Translations under genes and position numbers: made by a program
Part shown: positions 42,613 to 54,829 of the stretch, in pieces
How the letters are laid out: each line of letters starts with the position of its first letter
Numbering within the stretch: position 1 is the first letter of the stretch
Notes under the pieces: model-generated
Seen by the model: only the letters and a program-made list of their open reading frames with translations
What the model was told of the DNA's origin: nothing
Databases searched by the model: none
Source: Eledone cirrhosa
Lineage: Eukaryota
NCBI GenBank assembly: GCA_964016885.1
Contig: OZ024744.1
Span: 14,012,001-14,076,000 of the forward strand
Direction: 5' to 3'
Length of the DNA: 64,000 bases

Positions 42613-45600
42613 GAATGCTATGGTTGACGGAGGCTCGGCTCTGTAACGTATTGTAAATTTTGAACGCTATAACAATTGTAAATTGTTTAAAACTTTAACG
42701 AACTTGTAGACAAAAACACCCTCCTCCTCGTGAGAGGGGTCTTTCTGCCCGTTATTTGGCCCTTCGGGGTTAAATAACTGCTTATTGGGGTTTTGTGCCC
42801 AATATTTATTTTAAACAAAAAAAAAACAACATGGCTACGAAAAAGAATTTTCATAGGTCACTCCCACTCATTCCGTCTTCTTTTTCCTCAATCATCACTA
42901 CAGCAGAGAGAAGATTGTCTCTCTCCCTCCCTTCTTTAAATGTGTCTCTCTCCCTCCCTTCTCTTTCGCAAGCGACGACAAAAAAGAAAAGTCTCGTGCA
43001 AAGCGTGCAAGATTTCTCCACGACGACGACGACGACAACGACGAAACAGGTGTGCGGGAAATACGAAAACCCATTTTATTCGTCTGACGTCAGGAATAAT
43101 AGCAGTAACAGCCGTAATAACAACAGCAACAGTGACAATGAAAACAACAGTAGCAGCAGCAACAGCATCACCAGCAGCATAAACAACAACAGCATTAGCA
43201 GCAGCAACACCAACAACAACCACAGCAACAGCGGCAGAGGCAGTAGTCGTAGTACCTGCAGCAACAACAAAAGTAACAGCAGCTGTGACGACAACAACAA
43301 CAGCAGCAAAGAAAAACCAATCTCATTTGCAGGTATTGCCAAAAACCTGGAAACAATCCTCATAACAAATGAGGAATTACAGGAAGCGAAGAAGATCGTG
43401 ACAAAGACTGGACACCGAGCAATCTGCAAGGCAGCGGAAAAATTTTTCGAAACCCAACAGCACTGTACGGTCACGTACCATACAGTAAGTACAAAATCCC
43501 GTAGGGTTGAAAGAACCACAGAGGCGCAAATACAAAAAGCCTTGGGGTCTGTGTGGCAGCGGAAAACGCACATCACCCGAGGCAAAAAATATGCCACCGT
43601 AGACGTACTTTTTGCCACACCCCAGGAGGCAAAGGCTCAATCCGTAGTGACCCTAAGGAGCGAGGAAATGGTGTTGGTGCCCTCCTACTGCGGGCAAAAA
43701 AATTGTGAGGGTCAAACTGACCCACGTCCCCCCCGGGATGGCTCCTTCTTGGCTGGCCGCGTCTGTCCTCGTCGGAATCGAGGACAAAACAACTGTACTG
43801 CAAGTACAGAAAAAAGTAAGAGAAGATTGGGTCGGCACCTCCATTGAGATGCTAATCCAAACCAACCAGGAGTGCATCGAAGCTATCCCGGATGTGATAG
43901 ACTTCGATAACGGCACTCAACTGCCCATAAGTGTTGAGGGCAAACGCCCGAAATGCTTTCGCTGTGGATCGAAGACTCACCTCAGAGCCTTCTGCAACGA
44001 AAAGACCCTGAGAAAGGAGAAAACCCCCCTCCTTCCGAAACCGGCTACATGGCTACCAGCAACAGGACAAGCGGCAACCAGGAACGATAGGTCCGTGGCA
44101 CCCATACCCACGCCACGGAAATCAAAAACAGCAGCAGCAGTGGAAATATTAACAACAACAACAGCAATACCAAATGCAGCTGCAACAGAGACTCCAGTGC
44201 AAACATCACCAACAACAACAAGTGAAAGAGTGGAGCTGGTACCCCTCCCCGACCTCACAGAATCAGACATGGAGTGTGAGGTGGGAGAGGGATGGCAAAA
44301 GGTCGTAAGAAGGCACAAACGCAGAAGCAGCGCATCGTCGCCTTTGAAAAGGGAGGAAAGAAATGAGAAAAGGGTAAAGTCTACTGCAAAGAGACTCACA
44401 GCAGCAACACCACCAACACCATCACCACCCACACTAGCACCACCGGCGACAACTCCACTGCCAACAACACCTTCAACACCACCACCACAAGCACCAACAT
44501 CGCAAACGCAACAACAAAACACACACACCCAGCAACAACGACAAGAAAATAGCAGAACCACACCCCACCCCCAGAAAAACAAATGCACAGCAATAAATAC
44601 ACACAACAAGAAACTAATGACTTACATAATTGAAATGGGTGGAGAAGAAGCTATCCCTGAAAGGTCGAGCGGAGGTGGCTAACGCGTACATCGCATCCGT
44701 CATCTGCTACCGCCTGACCGTCGTACCTTGTCCTAAGCCTCGCCTGACTGCGCTGGAGCGTTTGCTCTTTCGCTTTTTGTGGAAGGGACGCGCTCCGATG
44801 GTCAGGCGGTCCATCTGTTGTCAACACCCGCTACGTGGAGGGCTGGGCATGCCGTGGCTGATGATGCGCAGGCACGCGCTCAGGCTACATCATCTCCACC
44901 TCTTCCTCGACGGTGATCAGGTGTGGTCGCCGTTTGCTAGACACGTATTTCCCCAGCTCGTTTCCTTGACGGTGCTGCAGTCCTGGGTCAAGCGAAGACC
45001 GAGAGGGAGCGCCTGGAGACTGGAATGTCTTCAGGCGCTCACAGCCCTCGACCAATCGGGCAATGTGATCGGTGGAAACTCCACCTCGGCGTTCTATAGA
45101 GGATTAGTGGAGGGGAAGAGCGACGACGTACTTGGGGAAACTCTAGGCGTCGACGAAAATCAACTAGCCAATCTCTTCGGAAGAACTTTCGGGCCAGGGC
45201 CTATGGACAACTTCCAGAAATCTCTGCCTAGCAGTGCTACCGAGGAGCCTTGCCAGTTCGGGATAAACTCTACAGGCATGGAGGTGCCGTCAGCCGGGCA
45301 TGTCCGAGATGCGCGCAGGGCGACGAAACCGTCCTGCACGCACTCGTCCAGTGTCCGAAAATTGCTGACTTGTGGGTTTATGTCGAACACCTGCTGTCGC
45401 GTTTAGGACGGATCCGGCTATCATCTGAGTCCATCGTGAGGATTGCCCCGCCCTCCCCCTTTAGCCGGGAAGGGCAGGCAGTTTTTATCTGTCTGGTGGC
45501 CATGGCAAAAGAGATAGTATGGTGGACACGTTTGAAAGGGCTGAAGACGAGCACTTACCTCTTCGGTGATGCTCTGATTGACTTTTTCAAATTTCATTTG

Positions 45601-45965
45601 AAAAGGAAAATCAGAGTAGAGAGGGAAGTGCTCTCTTCCCAGCATTTTGTTGAAAGATGGGTGAGAGAAGCAAGAATGGCCCGAGTGAATGGGCCTACTC
45701 TGAGTATATATCTGTAAATTAAAGGTGGAAAACTGGGAGAGGGCACTTGCCTTGGTGGTCAGGGTCATTGTGGCATTTTACTGGGCTTTCTCCACAAATG
45801 TCCCTCCAAAGTCGCCCTCCTATTGGGGAATTTTTCATTGTTATTTTTTGTTACATCCTCTGTTTTTGTTTTTTACACGCAGAAATGCCCAATTGTACCG
45901 TCCTGTATTGTCCTGCACTGTCCTTAATGTCTACTTTATGTAAACCCTTGTGGTTAATAAAGAAA

Positions 45966-45967
<2 letters not shown>
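42613..45967 (+). mobile_element. Tx1/L1-clade non-LTR retrotransposon, internally deleted (ORF1 + ORF2 C-terminus; no APE or RT core)
   Basis: ORF1 42831-44630 (SFAGI, CFRCGSKTHLRAFC zinc knuckle, WQKV). Then KLSLKGRAEVAN..FLWKG..GGLGMP and LPVRDKL..CPRC..ETVLHALVQCP (zf-RVT-like). AATAAA near 45955; flanked by (ATT)n. Confidence 0.85.
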
Positions 45968-46006
<39 letters not shown>

Positions 46007-46007
<1 letters not shown>

Positions 46008-49000
46008 CTTGAATCTCAGTCATTGATGTTGGTTAACTGGAAAGTCCGTTGGATTGAATATCAAGCCACTACCTGCAGCCTCAGATATTCAGGACGTATC
46101 GGAGGGTTCTTGCTGTTCCAAGCAAGCATGCCTTTTGAAGCGTTCCAAAAAGCGTGAAGGGGCCGATTTTCTTTAACCATCCCTGGAAACTTTTGGAGAT
46201 AGTCCCCAGTGCGCCTATGACAATCGGGATCACTTTGACTTCATGGCAGTTCCAAATCCTTTTCACCTCCCACTTTAGGTCCTGGTATCGGTTAATTTTC
46301 TCCCTCTCCTTCTCTTGCACTCTCGTGTCGAACGGGCAGGCCACATCCACAATCAGACACGATCTTTTTTCTTTGCCCACAACCACCAGGTCAGGTCTAT
46401 TGTGTTCCAGTTTTTTGTCCGTCTGTATCCTAAAATCCAACAGCACCTTCACCTGATTGTTCTCCATCACCGCCTCTGGCCTATGCTCATACCATTTCTC
46501 AGAATGTGGTAAATTGTTTACTTTGCACAGGTGCCAGTGGATCACCCTGGCCATCACATCGTGTCTCCAGCCCTTATAGTGGGTCTGGGCTAGGTGTTAA
46601 CACTCGGACACAATGTGAGCCACAGTCTCCTCTCTCTCTCTCCACAGATCCTGCACAGTGGGCTAGCCTCCTCCTTGTAAATATGGTGCTTCAACCACTT
46701 CGTTTTGAGGGCCTGCTCCTGCGCAGCCATTAGCATTCCTTCTGTAGCCTTTTTGAGGTCTCCTCTTCTCAACCAGTTCCATGTCTGTGGATCTCTAAAT
46801 TCAGTTTTCTCAAAGAAGGTACTATGAAGGGATTTTCCCTTAAGGCTGCTCTTCCTCCTTGATGTTATTTCCTCCTTGGACATCCCCTGGCCTACTGTCC
46901 CCTCCTTCAGTACAGTTCTGAGCATTGGCTCCTTACTATAGGTCACGTATTTGTATAGGTTGTTTTTCTCCATCTGAACGCAGTCCTCTATGCTGATAAG
47001 ACCTCTTCCACCCTCAGATCTCCTTAGGTAGAGTCTATCGACATCACTCCTCTTGTGGAACATGTTGTAGATAGTCAATAGCTTCCTAGTCTTCCTATCC
47101 ATTTCTTTTTGTTCAGCAACATTCCATCTCAGAATTCCCGCACTGTACCTAATAATAGACACAGCTCGGGAATTTACTGCGCTTATGGCATTTCTGCTGT
47201 TCAGATGTGACTTCAATACGCTCCTTACTCTCCGAATGTATTCAGTTCTTAACAATTCCTTCATTTTTTTGTTCTTTATGCCATCAGCCTCCAGAACGCC
47301 CAAATACTTGTATCCTTCCTCAGAGTCAATTTCCTTTATCATCTCACCTGTTGGTATCTGGATCCCGTTACTTCTGCTCAACCTACCCCTCTTCATCACA
47401 ATGACTCCACATTTACCAATACCAAACTGCATACATATATCACTGCTGAAAATACGGACAGTGTCAACAAGCACATCCAACTCCTTCTCACTTTTCCCGA
47501 AGAGCTTAAGATCGTCCATGAAGAGGAGGTGATTGATGGTAAGCTCTCCCCTTCCCAACTTGTATCCTGCTCTCACTTTTCGCAGCATAATGGTCATGGG
47601 CATCAGGGCAAGGACAAACAACAGAGGGGACAGGCTATCTCCCTGGAAGATACCTCTCTTGATCTTCACGCTTCCCAAGGATACTCCAGTTGATTTCAAC
47701 TCTGTCTCCCAGGACCCCATACTCCTGCCCAGCAACTGTCTGACGTTATCTGCCACCCTGAAGATCTCCAGGCTTTTGGTGATCCAGGAATGAGGCACCA
47801 TGTCAAATGCCTTTCTGTAGTCTATCTATCCCATGGCAAGATCAGTGTGTCTCCTCCTGCAATTCCCCATTACCATCTTATCAATAAGCAACTGGTCCTT
47901 TGTACCACGTGACTTCTTTCGGCATCCTTTCTGTTCGTCCGGTAACAAGTTGTTTGTGTGGAGGTGATGGTAGATTTCCTCAGACACAATGCTCGTCAAC
48001 AGTTTCCACATTACGGGCAGATATGTGATAGGTCTATAGTTGGTAACATCATTACCCTTGATTCGGTCTTTCATTATCAGAACTGTGGTACCTTTTGTCA
48101 ACCACTCTGGCACCTCACCCGACACCAAGCAGTCATTGAACATGGCCGTCAGCTTCGGGTGGAGGGATGTTAAATGTTTAATCCAATACCCCTGCACACC
48201 ATCTGGGCCTGGTGATTTCCAGTTGGTTAGTTTTTTGGCTTGCCCCTTAAGAGTTTCAACTGTGATACTCAAATCAGTCTGTTGTTGTGCCTGCTCACCC
48301 ATCTCCCTCTGTACTGTCTCAATCCACCCTGCCCTGGCATTGTGTCTAACATCCTGCTCCCATATTCCTCTCCAGAATGTTTTAGCTTGTTCCGCCCCAG
48401 GGATCAAGTCGTTGCCTCTTTCTTTCCCCTCAAGCTGTCCAAACAGCATCTTCTGGTTGTTGTCGAACATGCGGTTCTGTTTATACTGACTGACTCTGTT
48501 CTCGTATCGCCTGATTTTGGCACTCTTTGCTACAATGCGTTGCTTCAATTCCTCTATGATAATATTTAGCTTTTTACTCCTAGTTTTGTATTTTATTTCC
48601 AGTCTATTTTTAGTGCCTATGTTTTTTAGTGTCCCATTCAGTAGTGACTCAAGCTTTCCTATGTCATTTCTCATTTCCCCGATTTGCCCACTCAGTCGCT
48701 TCTTCCACCACGGCTCTGCTCTTTCTTGTCTGTTGTTTCCTCTCGCTTTTATACCAAGTAGTTTCCTCACCGTATTTGCTGTTGCTTTGAGGATATTGTT
48801 GCACTGGTGAAGACTCCTCGCCTCAAGGTATGGGATGACTTTGTTTACCTTAGCTGTTGTTTCTTTTAACTTTTTCCTGTCTACAAATCTTAGGTTCATA
48901 GGTCTCCCACTATCATTGTTCAACTCATCTACCACTAAATTTAGGATGTCAACCGAATCTTGTCCTAGCCCGTCAGCATTCATCTCCTCAGTGGCCGTAT

Positions 49001-49718
49001 CTCTGTTCCAGGTATTATTTATCTCAGTATTCAGATCATTGTCTGCTTCGGGTGGTTCCTCCGTTCTCAGGACCTCCTCACCTTCATTTCCCGCCGGCTC
49101 GCTTGTCTGGCATACTACACCCGCCATCTCCAAGCCATTCTCTCTGCTCAGTTCCTCCAGTTCCAGCTCGCTTATCCACCCATTAGTTCTTATTACCCGA
49201 GCCTTCCCGGCCAATTTTTGTTCATCTAATTTAAATAAACCAATCTCGTTCCAGATGTTATGCATCCGTCTCCTGTAGCCCCTCTCCTTGGGGTTACTTT
49301 TCAGGTAGCATTGCATAACAGTTCTATTCAATTCTTTCGTCCAGTTGGTTCTGGCCCCTTTCCTTCTTCTTCTTCCTCCAACATCAGCAGTATTTGGTTG
49401 ACAGTCAGGTTCCTGCTGCTGAGCCAGGGGGCACCTGTTGGGTGAGAGTCTGTCACATGACGTTCTAGTCTCCATTTCACCGTTATTCGAACTGTTTATG
49501 TTCGATATTTAAACACTCTTATCGAGGATTGGCGAATGTATGTTTACATAGCCATCTGTGGATCCGCCATCCCACTTGGCCCTTGTGTGGCATTATCACC
49601 ACGCTGTATACGAACACACATAAACAAACAAACACACGGGCAGAAAGGGCCCCAAAAATGAATAAGCATAAGTTTCATTGTAATGTAGTATTCTTATTAT
49701 TAAGTTTCATTATAATGT

Positions 49719-49720
<2 letters not shown>
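46007..49720 (-). mobile_element. R4/Dong-like RLE non-LTR retrotransposon, full-length, with frameshifts
   Basis: PWWKKRL, WKSPGPDG, YRPIT, EQKGC..GTKDQL, GIFQGDSLSPLLF, HLLFMDDLKL, YKYLG, RLYL.R..GGRGL, CRIC..H..C, RPDLVV..IVDVACP, PIVIGALG. Flanked by (TAA)n, the known Dong target. Confidence 0.93.
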
Positions 49721-49760
<40 letters not shown>

Positions 49761-49762
<2 letters not shown>

Positions 49763-51466
49763 AGTTGCATTTATCTTGCTTTATGTTCATACGAGTTATC
49801 ACCAAGTCACAACCAGTGACCTCAAGAGACAACAAGGTCCGCCATGTTCAAGGAAGAACATACATACTCACACATGCATCTTTAGTGTTTAGACTTGTGA
49901 TGTACTTATATTGACAGAATCTTCCTTAGTATATGGGCAGTTCCCATTAGTACTATCTTTTGTATTTCTCCTATACGCGGGTTTCCTGGGATCTGCGATA
50001 AGTAATCATTAGACCCCTTAGGTATCATTCCCAGAGCGCCTACAACCACTGGTATTGTTTTAGTTCTCAATTTCCACATTTTTCCAATTTCTATCTCCAG
50101 GTCCTTATACTTGCTCAATTTTTCAAATGTTTTTATAGATACATTCTTGTCTATTGGAACGGATATATCAATTAGCAGGCATACCCTCTTTTTAAAGTCT
50201 TTCAGTATTATATCGGGTCTATTTGCATCTATTTTTATGTCTGTTTGGATGCTAAAGTTCCACAAGATTGAGATGTGATCTTTTTCAAATATGGGAGGTG
50301 GTTGATGCTCCCACCAATTCTTTTGATGGGGCAGGTCAAAATGCTTACACATTATCCAATGTATGTATTGTGCAGCTCTGTCATGCCTGTTTAGGTATTC
50401 GGTTGGAGCTAATTTTTTGTTGGCAGACACTGATCTTGTGCCGATATAATCAGTCCTTCAGTCTCCGATTTCAGTCCAGAGGATGCCAACCACTGATGGG
50501 TTAAAATTTTGTCAACATCAGGATTGTTAGCTCGCTCTGGGTATTTTCCATACAGAGGCTTTTCTTGCCATTTCTTATTTTATACATTGTGGTCAAGCAA
50601 GTTATCGGTCTGTAATTTTTGGGATTGTTTGTCTCATCATTCTTCGGAAGCAGGAATGTAATGCCGTTAACTAGCCATGAAGGTATCTTTTCTGGCTCCT
50701 TAACTATTTCATTGTAAAGTTGGGCTAACAGCTCATGAGACTCTGTGAAGTCATTTATCCAAAAGTTTTGTATTTTGTCTTTTCCTGGGGATTTCCATTT
50801 GCTGGTTTTTCTTAGAGCCAAGCGCAACTGTTCAACTGTTATATTTTCCCATGTTTGTTCCTCAAGGTGAGCTGTATCTTTCATTTGTCTGTCTATCATG
50901 CATGTATGTTATGAACTTTTTCTTCGGCCCAGATCTTTTCCCAGAATTCTTGCACTTCCTCCTTGAGTGGTATTGATTTAGCAGTTATTGTTGACTTACC
51001 AATTTTTCTGTAGAAGTTTCTTCGGTCGTTTTTTAACATATTATTGTCCTTATAGAATCTAGATCGTTTTTCAAAGCGCCTTATACGAGCAGCTTTGGCC
51101 GACACTTTTTGCTTGATTATTTCTATCAGCATGTCTATGTCACATGTTGATTTTATACTGTACTTTTTTTTCAATTTTCTAAGTTTAGTTTGTTTAACAT
51201 GTTCACCTACTTTATAGTTTGTTAAAATTTCTATGTCAGATCGGAGAAGGTTTATTTGGCGATTGATGTAGATTTCTTGTGGGAATTCCTTTGTTTTTTC
51301 ATCTTCACTCCACATAAGTGAGTGGTGACTTTAGCCGGTGCATAATAGAGATGATTTAAATCAGTAATGTTTAGTTTGTTTGTGATGATAATGTTTTTGA
51401 GAATTATGTTAGTCTTGTGTATTATATTTTGGTTCTGTTTGGAGTTCTGGATCTTAGGGAGGGTGT
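49761..51466 (-). mobile_element. Second R4/Dong-like family, 5'-truncated and internally deleted
   Basis: LPKI, WKSPGKD, YRPITCL, then a jump directly to the post-RT region; EYLNRHD..RPDIILKD..LIDISVP..PVVVGALG. Bounded by (TAA)n. Confidence 0.88.
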
Positions 51467-51482
51467 TATTATTATTATTATT

Positions 51483-51931
51483 ACAGTTGCATTTATCTTG
51501 CTTTATGTTCATACATTTATGGTAATGATGGCAGTAGTGAGTGGTGGTGGTGAAATTGCCGTTATCTGGCTGTTCTGTTTAGTGTACACAGAGAGGTGAT
51601 GGGGTAGGTGTTGTATCTAGTTTCTAGTGTTGATGAGATTGGTGTTGTTTGGCTGTTCTATATAGCGTAGACAGAGGAGGGGGGGGGGGGTTCTTCCATT
51701 TATAGCCATTTTCTTTTTTGAATATACAATGTACAATACAAAGTTGAATATTTGAATATGTGAGCCTTATAACAATATATTTTGGGTCCGAATTTTTTGG
51801 GGCTCAAGCCGGATGCTTTACGTAGCATTTGTACTAAGAGTTGTTATTTCACAAATGATTTAAATATGTTAAAAATTCAAAACTTACGGGAGCGATTTCA
51901 TGACCTTCCGCCACCTCGTGCGTCTTCTTCC
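51483..51931 (-). mobile_element. Putative short non-autonomous element sharing the 32 nt 3' tail of 49761-51466
   Basis: ACAGTTGCATTTATCTTGCTTTATGTTCATAC is identical at 49761 and 51483, each abutting (TTA)n. The other end lies at (CTT)n(ATT)n. Confidence 0.5.
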
Positions 51932-51997
<66 letters not shown>

Positions 51998-52003
51998 ATA
52001 ATA

Positions 52004-52033
<30 letters not shown>

Positions 52034-52042
<9 letters not shown>

Positions 52043-53348
52043 GTTGTTGTTATTCCTTGAATCTCAGTCATTGATGTTGGTTAACTGGAAAGTCCGTTGG
52101 ATTGAATATCAAGCCACTACCTGCAGCCTCAGATATTCAGGACGTATCGGAGGGTTCTTGCTGTTCCAAGCAAGCATGCCTTTTGAAGCGTTCCAAAAAG
52201 CGTGAAGGGGCCGATTTTCTTTAACCATCCCTGGAAACTTTTGGAGATAGTCCCCAGTGCGCCTATGACAATCGGGATCACTTTGACTTCATGGCAGTTC
52301 CAAATCCTTTTCACCTCCCACTTTAGGTCCTGGTATCGGTTAATTTTCTCCCTCTCCTTCTCTTGCACTCTCGTGTCGAACGGGCAGGCCACATCCACAA
52401 TCAGACACGATCTTTTTTCTTTGCCCACAACCACCAGGTCAGGTATATTGTGTTCCAGTTTTTTGTCCGTCTGTATCCTAAAATCCAACAGCACCTTCAC
52501 CTGATTGTTCTCCATCACCGCCTCTGGCCTATGCTCATACCATTTCTCAGAATGTGGTAAATTGTTTACTTTGCACATGTGCCAGTGGATCACCCTGGCC
52601 ATCACATCGTGTCTCCAGCCCTTATAGTGGGTCTGGGCTAGGTGTTAACACTCGGACACAATGTGAGCCACAGTCTCCTCTCTCTCTCTCCACAGATCCT
52701 GCACAGTGGGCTAGCCTCCTCCTTGTAAATATGGTGCTTCAACCACTTCGTTTTGAGGGCCTGCTCCTGCGCAGCCATTAGCATTCCTTCTGTAGCCTTT
52801 TTGAGGTCTCCTCTTCTCAACCAGTTCCATGTCTGTGGATCTCTAAATTCAGTTTTCTCAAAGAAGGTACTATGAAGGGATTTTCCCTTAAGGCTGCTCT
52901 TCCTCCTTGATGTTATTTCCTCCTTGGACATCCCCTGGCCTACTGTCCCCTCCTTCAGTACAGTTCTGAGCATTGGCTCCTTACTATAGGTCACGTATTT
53001 GTATAGGTTGTTTTTCTCCATCTGAACACAGTCCTCTATGCTGATAAGACCTCTTCCACCCTCAGATCTCCTTAGGTAGAGTCTATCGACATCACTCCTC
53101 TTGTGGAACATGTTGTAGATAGTCAATAGCTTCCTAGTCTTCCTATCCATTTCTTTTTGTTCAGCAACATTCCATCTCAGAATTCCCGCACTGTACCTAA
53201 TAATAGACACAGCTCGGGAATTTACTGCGCTTATGGCATTTCTGCTGTTCAGATGTGACTTCAATACGCTCCTTACTCTCCGAATGTATTCAGTTCTTAA
53301 CAATTCCTTCATTTTTTTGTTCTTTATGCCATCAGCCTCCAGAACGCC

Positions 53349-53349
<1 letters not shown>
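52034..53349 (-). mobile_element. 5'-truncated near-identical copy of the 46007-49720 Dong-like element
   Basis: Matches 46007-47301 with only a few substitutions seen; both ends in (TAA)n. Confidence 0.95.
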
Positions 53350-53431
<82 letters not shown>

Positions 53432-53686
53432 TCTACAGTCCTTACACAAAAATATGTTGACAATCTTTTAATAATGTCTTCCTTGTGAAATTTGTGGTCT
53501 TGTTTTTCTTAACTAATTAATATTTCCGTCTCTACGCGCCTAACTTCTGCATGAACCCAGCCACCTAGCTGCTTTCTACTGCATATTGCACATTGAGCAC
53601 ATGCCTTTACGCTTTGGCTTCTAACTAATTCACCAATCTCTCCTCTCCTATCTCCATCTCTCTCTTTAAGATTGGTTACTCTTGAA

Positions 53687-53779
<93 letters not shown>

Positions 53780-54018
53780 TGGAAGGGGTATTCAATAAGT
53801 TGAAAATCCGACAAATATAAATAAAAATATAAATGTTTATAACTGATTTAGAACGCCTAACACTTCTGGAGTAAATATTCAATGATATTACATATATTTA
53901 ATATCTTTGTATATTTATATATATATAATCATACATATATATATACACACATATATATAGACATACACACATATACACACACACACACATACATAAAGTT
54001 ACATCACCACATATATAT

Positions 54019-54088
<70 letters not shown>

Positions 54089-54156
54089 TACATACATATA
54101 CAAACTCATATACATAAACATACATATACACGCACAATAATTACACACTCACATAA

Positions 54157-54194
<38 letters not shown>

Positions 54195-54197
<3 letters not shown>

Positions 54198-54727
54198 GAT
54201 AAATCTACCAAGAGTTTACGGTAGTGTCCAATCCGTATGAAGAACTCAATGTAATCCGGATATCATGGAAAGAAGAGATGCAATGAAAAATCACTTTCGG
54301 TGAAAGATAAACGGAATACAGAGTCAAGATAAAATATTAAAAAAATAATGAATAAAACAATGAAACAGTTCCTTATATTAAACAAAAAAAGTTCATTATT
54401 TAACGATCGTTTCTAGGATATATATGTGTTAGAATTGGCATGCATATTCAACAGATCTATGTACAAAATTATACAAAATTATACAAACTATCAAAATTAA
54501 ATATACATACCAACACATATATATGCCGTCTTCAGAAATAATAATAATGTGTTGGTATGTATATTTAATTTTGATAGTTTGTATAATTTTGTATAATTTT
54601 GTACATAGATCTGTTGAATATGCATGCCAATTCTAACACATATATATCCTAGAAACGATCGTTAAATAATGAACTTTTTTTGTTTAATATAAGGAACTGT
54701 TTCATTGTTTTATTCATTATTTTTTTA

Positions 54728-54735
<8 letters not shown>
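54195..54735 (-). mobile_element. ORF-less fold-back pLTR element (~190 bp arms)
   Basis: 54330-54519 is the reverse complement of 54547-54735; both ends at (TA)n. Confidence 0.85.
54395..54542 (-). ncRNA. Type I hammerhead ribozyme with ~115 nt stem II domain
   Basis: ATTATTT CTGAAGA CGG-C-ATATATATGTGTTGG...CTAACACATATATAT-CC-TA GAAA CGATCG TT AAATAAT. Confidence 0.8.
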
Positions 54736-54817
<82 letters not shown>

Positions 54818-54829
54818 CAAATACGCATA

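Noticed and set aside
49476-49720. HDV-like ribozyme in the Dong-like 5' UTR
   Set aside because: Could not build the nested double pseudoknot by eye; needs a descriptor search.
53450-53505. TTGACAA...GAAA TTTGTGG TC as a hammerhead
   Set aside because: Expected position relative to the tail hairpin, but stem II does not pair and the partner arm lacks GAAA.
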